A stretch of DNA of 61,306 nucleotides, filler included, from Circinaria calcarea (lineage: Eukaryota), in NCBI GenBank assembly GCA_051942165.1. It is 12 parts of 12 records of this genome, joined end to end, with 100 filler letters (N's around TTAATTAATTAA, not from the genome) between each part and the next. Parts side by side here need not be neighbours in the genome. Positions count along the whole stretch, not along the records: positions 56,307 to 61,306 come from JAVECS010002085.1; 11 more parts are not named here. One strand, given 5' to 3'. Position numbers and translations under genes: made by a program. Of this stretch, positions 59,811 to 61,306 are shown piece by piece (the stretch's first letter is position 1; each line of letters opens with the position of its first letter). The notes under the pieces are model-generated. The model saw nothing but the letters and a program-made list of their open reading frames with translations. It had not been told where the DNA came from and made no database searches.

Positions 59811-60751
59811 ATGCCTTCCCTCTATCCCCTCCTCGGCGTCCCCCACAACTCCCCCTTCGACCCCACCTCCCGCTACACAACTTCCTGGCTCCTCCCCCCA
59901 ACCCTCCTCGCCATTCTCCGCCTCCTCATCTCCCTTTACGCCTTCGTCGCCACCTTTTTTATCCTGGGCTGGAACTCCCTGCACTTCCATTCCAGCGCGG
60001 CCCGCAACTCCTTCTCCTTCTTCACCAACCTCACATACTGGGGCTTGGCATTCTACTTTCTCGTCAGCGCGGCGCATACGATTTCCTACGCGAGAACGGG
60101 CACTCCGTGGTTGCGGAGGTGGCCGAGGGGACTGCAGGCGGCGCATGGGGTGTTTTATACCACCGTGGTGACGTTTCCGATCTTGGTGACGGTGGTCTTT
60201 TGGGCGGTGCTGTTTTCTTCATCCCGGAGCATCTTCGTGACGTGGTCAAACGTAAGCCCTCTGCACTCCTTTTTCTTTCTTTTCTCTGCCGCTCTTCCCC
60301 GAACGCCTTTCACAAGCAAATAACTCACCGCCACTCCCCTTACTCCCAGGTCTCCGTTCACGCCCTCAATACTGTCTTCTCCCTCTTCGAAATCCTCCTC
60401 CCCCGCACTTCCCCTCCACCTCCCTTCCACCTCGCCTTCATCGTCCTCATCCTCGCCCTCTACCTCGCCCTGGCCTACATAACCCACGCCACGCGAGGCT
60501 TCTATCCCTACCCCTTCCTCGACACCACCAGCGAGGGGAGCGGAAAAGTCACGGGCTACATTTTCGGCATCTTGGCCGGTGCTTGCGTGATCTTCGGCTT
60601 GGTGTGCGGGCTGATCTGGGTGCGGAGGTGGCTGACAGAGAAGGTGCTGGGCATGCCGGGGAAGTTTTCAAGGAGGGATGGAAGGAAGGAAGATGGGGAG
60701 GGCGAGGGCAAAGGGGCTGGGGATGTGGAGATGGTATTTCCACGGAAATAA
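59811..60751 (+). CDS. FAR-17a/AIG1-like multi-pass membrane protein
   Basis: Intron 60252-60349; FSFFTNLTYWG, SVHALN and FYPYPFLD motifs; about six TM segments. Confidence 0.75.
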
Positions 60752-61306
60752 GGTTTTTTTTCACTGGATTCGGTTGACTTGATTTCCGACGGCTGATTCT
60801 GAACATTGGATATTTTATCGTTTGAGAGAATACCTATGCGACATCTAACAGATCTCTCTCTCTCTCTCTCTCGCGATACAATTATCTATATAGGAAGGAC
60901 GGGTGCGAAACGGGACAGGAGAGAAAAAGGGGAGAAAAGGGCACACCAAGCCTATAGGTAGAATCGATGAGTTGCGAATTTCGACTTCGGGTCCCCCATC
61001 TGGGTGTTTACATGTATAGAATAAGGGTCAAAGGAAGGAGAGTTTAACAAGCTAGAAAAAGGAAAATGGAGGGAGGGGATTTGTAAAAAGGTACGGATGA
61101 TATTCTGTTTCATGAACATATTCTAGATAAGAGCCGAGCCTGACGGATCCGTCTTCGGAAGAAAGGGGCTTGAAATATCGGCATCGCTGTATATACATCC
61201 AGCTGTTGGATTGATATCTGCCCACGCATCCAGGCCCCTGCACTGAAACCACCCTCTATACTTCCAACTCTTCATCAGAATCAAGTGATAATCATCACCT
61301 CCCCCC

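Overview
This window is not one locus. It is 12 unrelated contigs of about 5 kb (5037, 5034, 5030, 5029, 5024, 5018, 5012, 5010, 5006, 5004, 5002 and 5000 bp, sorted by length) joined by artificial 100-bp N44-TTAATTAATTAA-N44 spacers. The DNA is from a filamentous ascomycete (Pezizomycotina; lichen-forming Lecanoromycetes is a guess), with short GT/GC-AG introns and CTRAC branch sites. Housekeeping genes, many cut by contig ends, include NOP58, RPC17, CTF18, TFB3, BUD27/URI-like, PHB1, EXO1, a Fig1-family protein, a Nif1/Dsf2-like Sel1 protein, acid sphingomyelinase, a CECR5-type HAD hydrolase, a histidine phosphatase, bli-3 and an MpaB-like oxygenase. There are many small transposon relics with RIP-like C>T/G>A mutation: two LTR families in nested stacks, Tc1/mariner MITEs plus a decayed parent transposase, a Mutator-like element, and a hAT-like element with nested MITE and a possible Helitron end. 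The most striking item is an intact ~704-aa gene (27223-29462) fusing an N-terminal HeLo-like four-helix domain to a G-alpha domain whose hydrolysis residues are replaced, a candidate G-alpha-gated cell-death or immunity effector. Also notable are a collagen-like (Gly-Ala-Thr)n-WSC protein, tandem small-protein paralogs possibly used as alternative 3' exons, duplicated DEAD-box helicase relics with an EEAN motif, and nucleotidyltransferase-like and PD-(D/E)XK-like accessory genes. All protein family calls are from motif recognition by eye; no database search was run.
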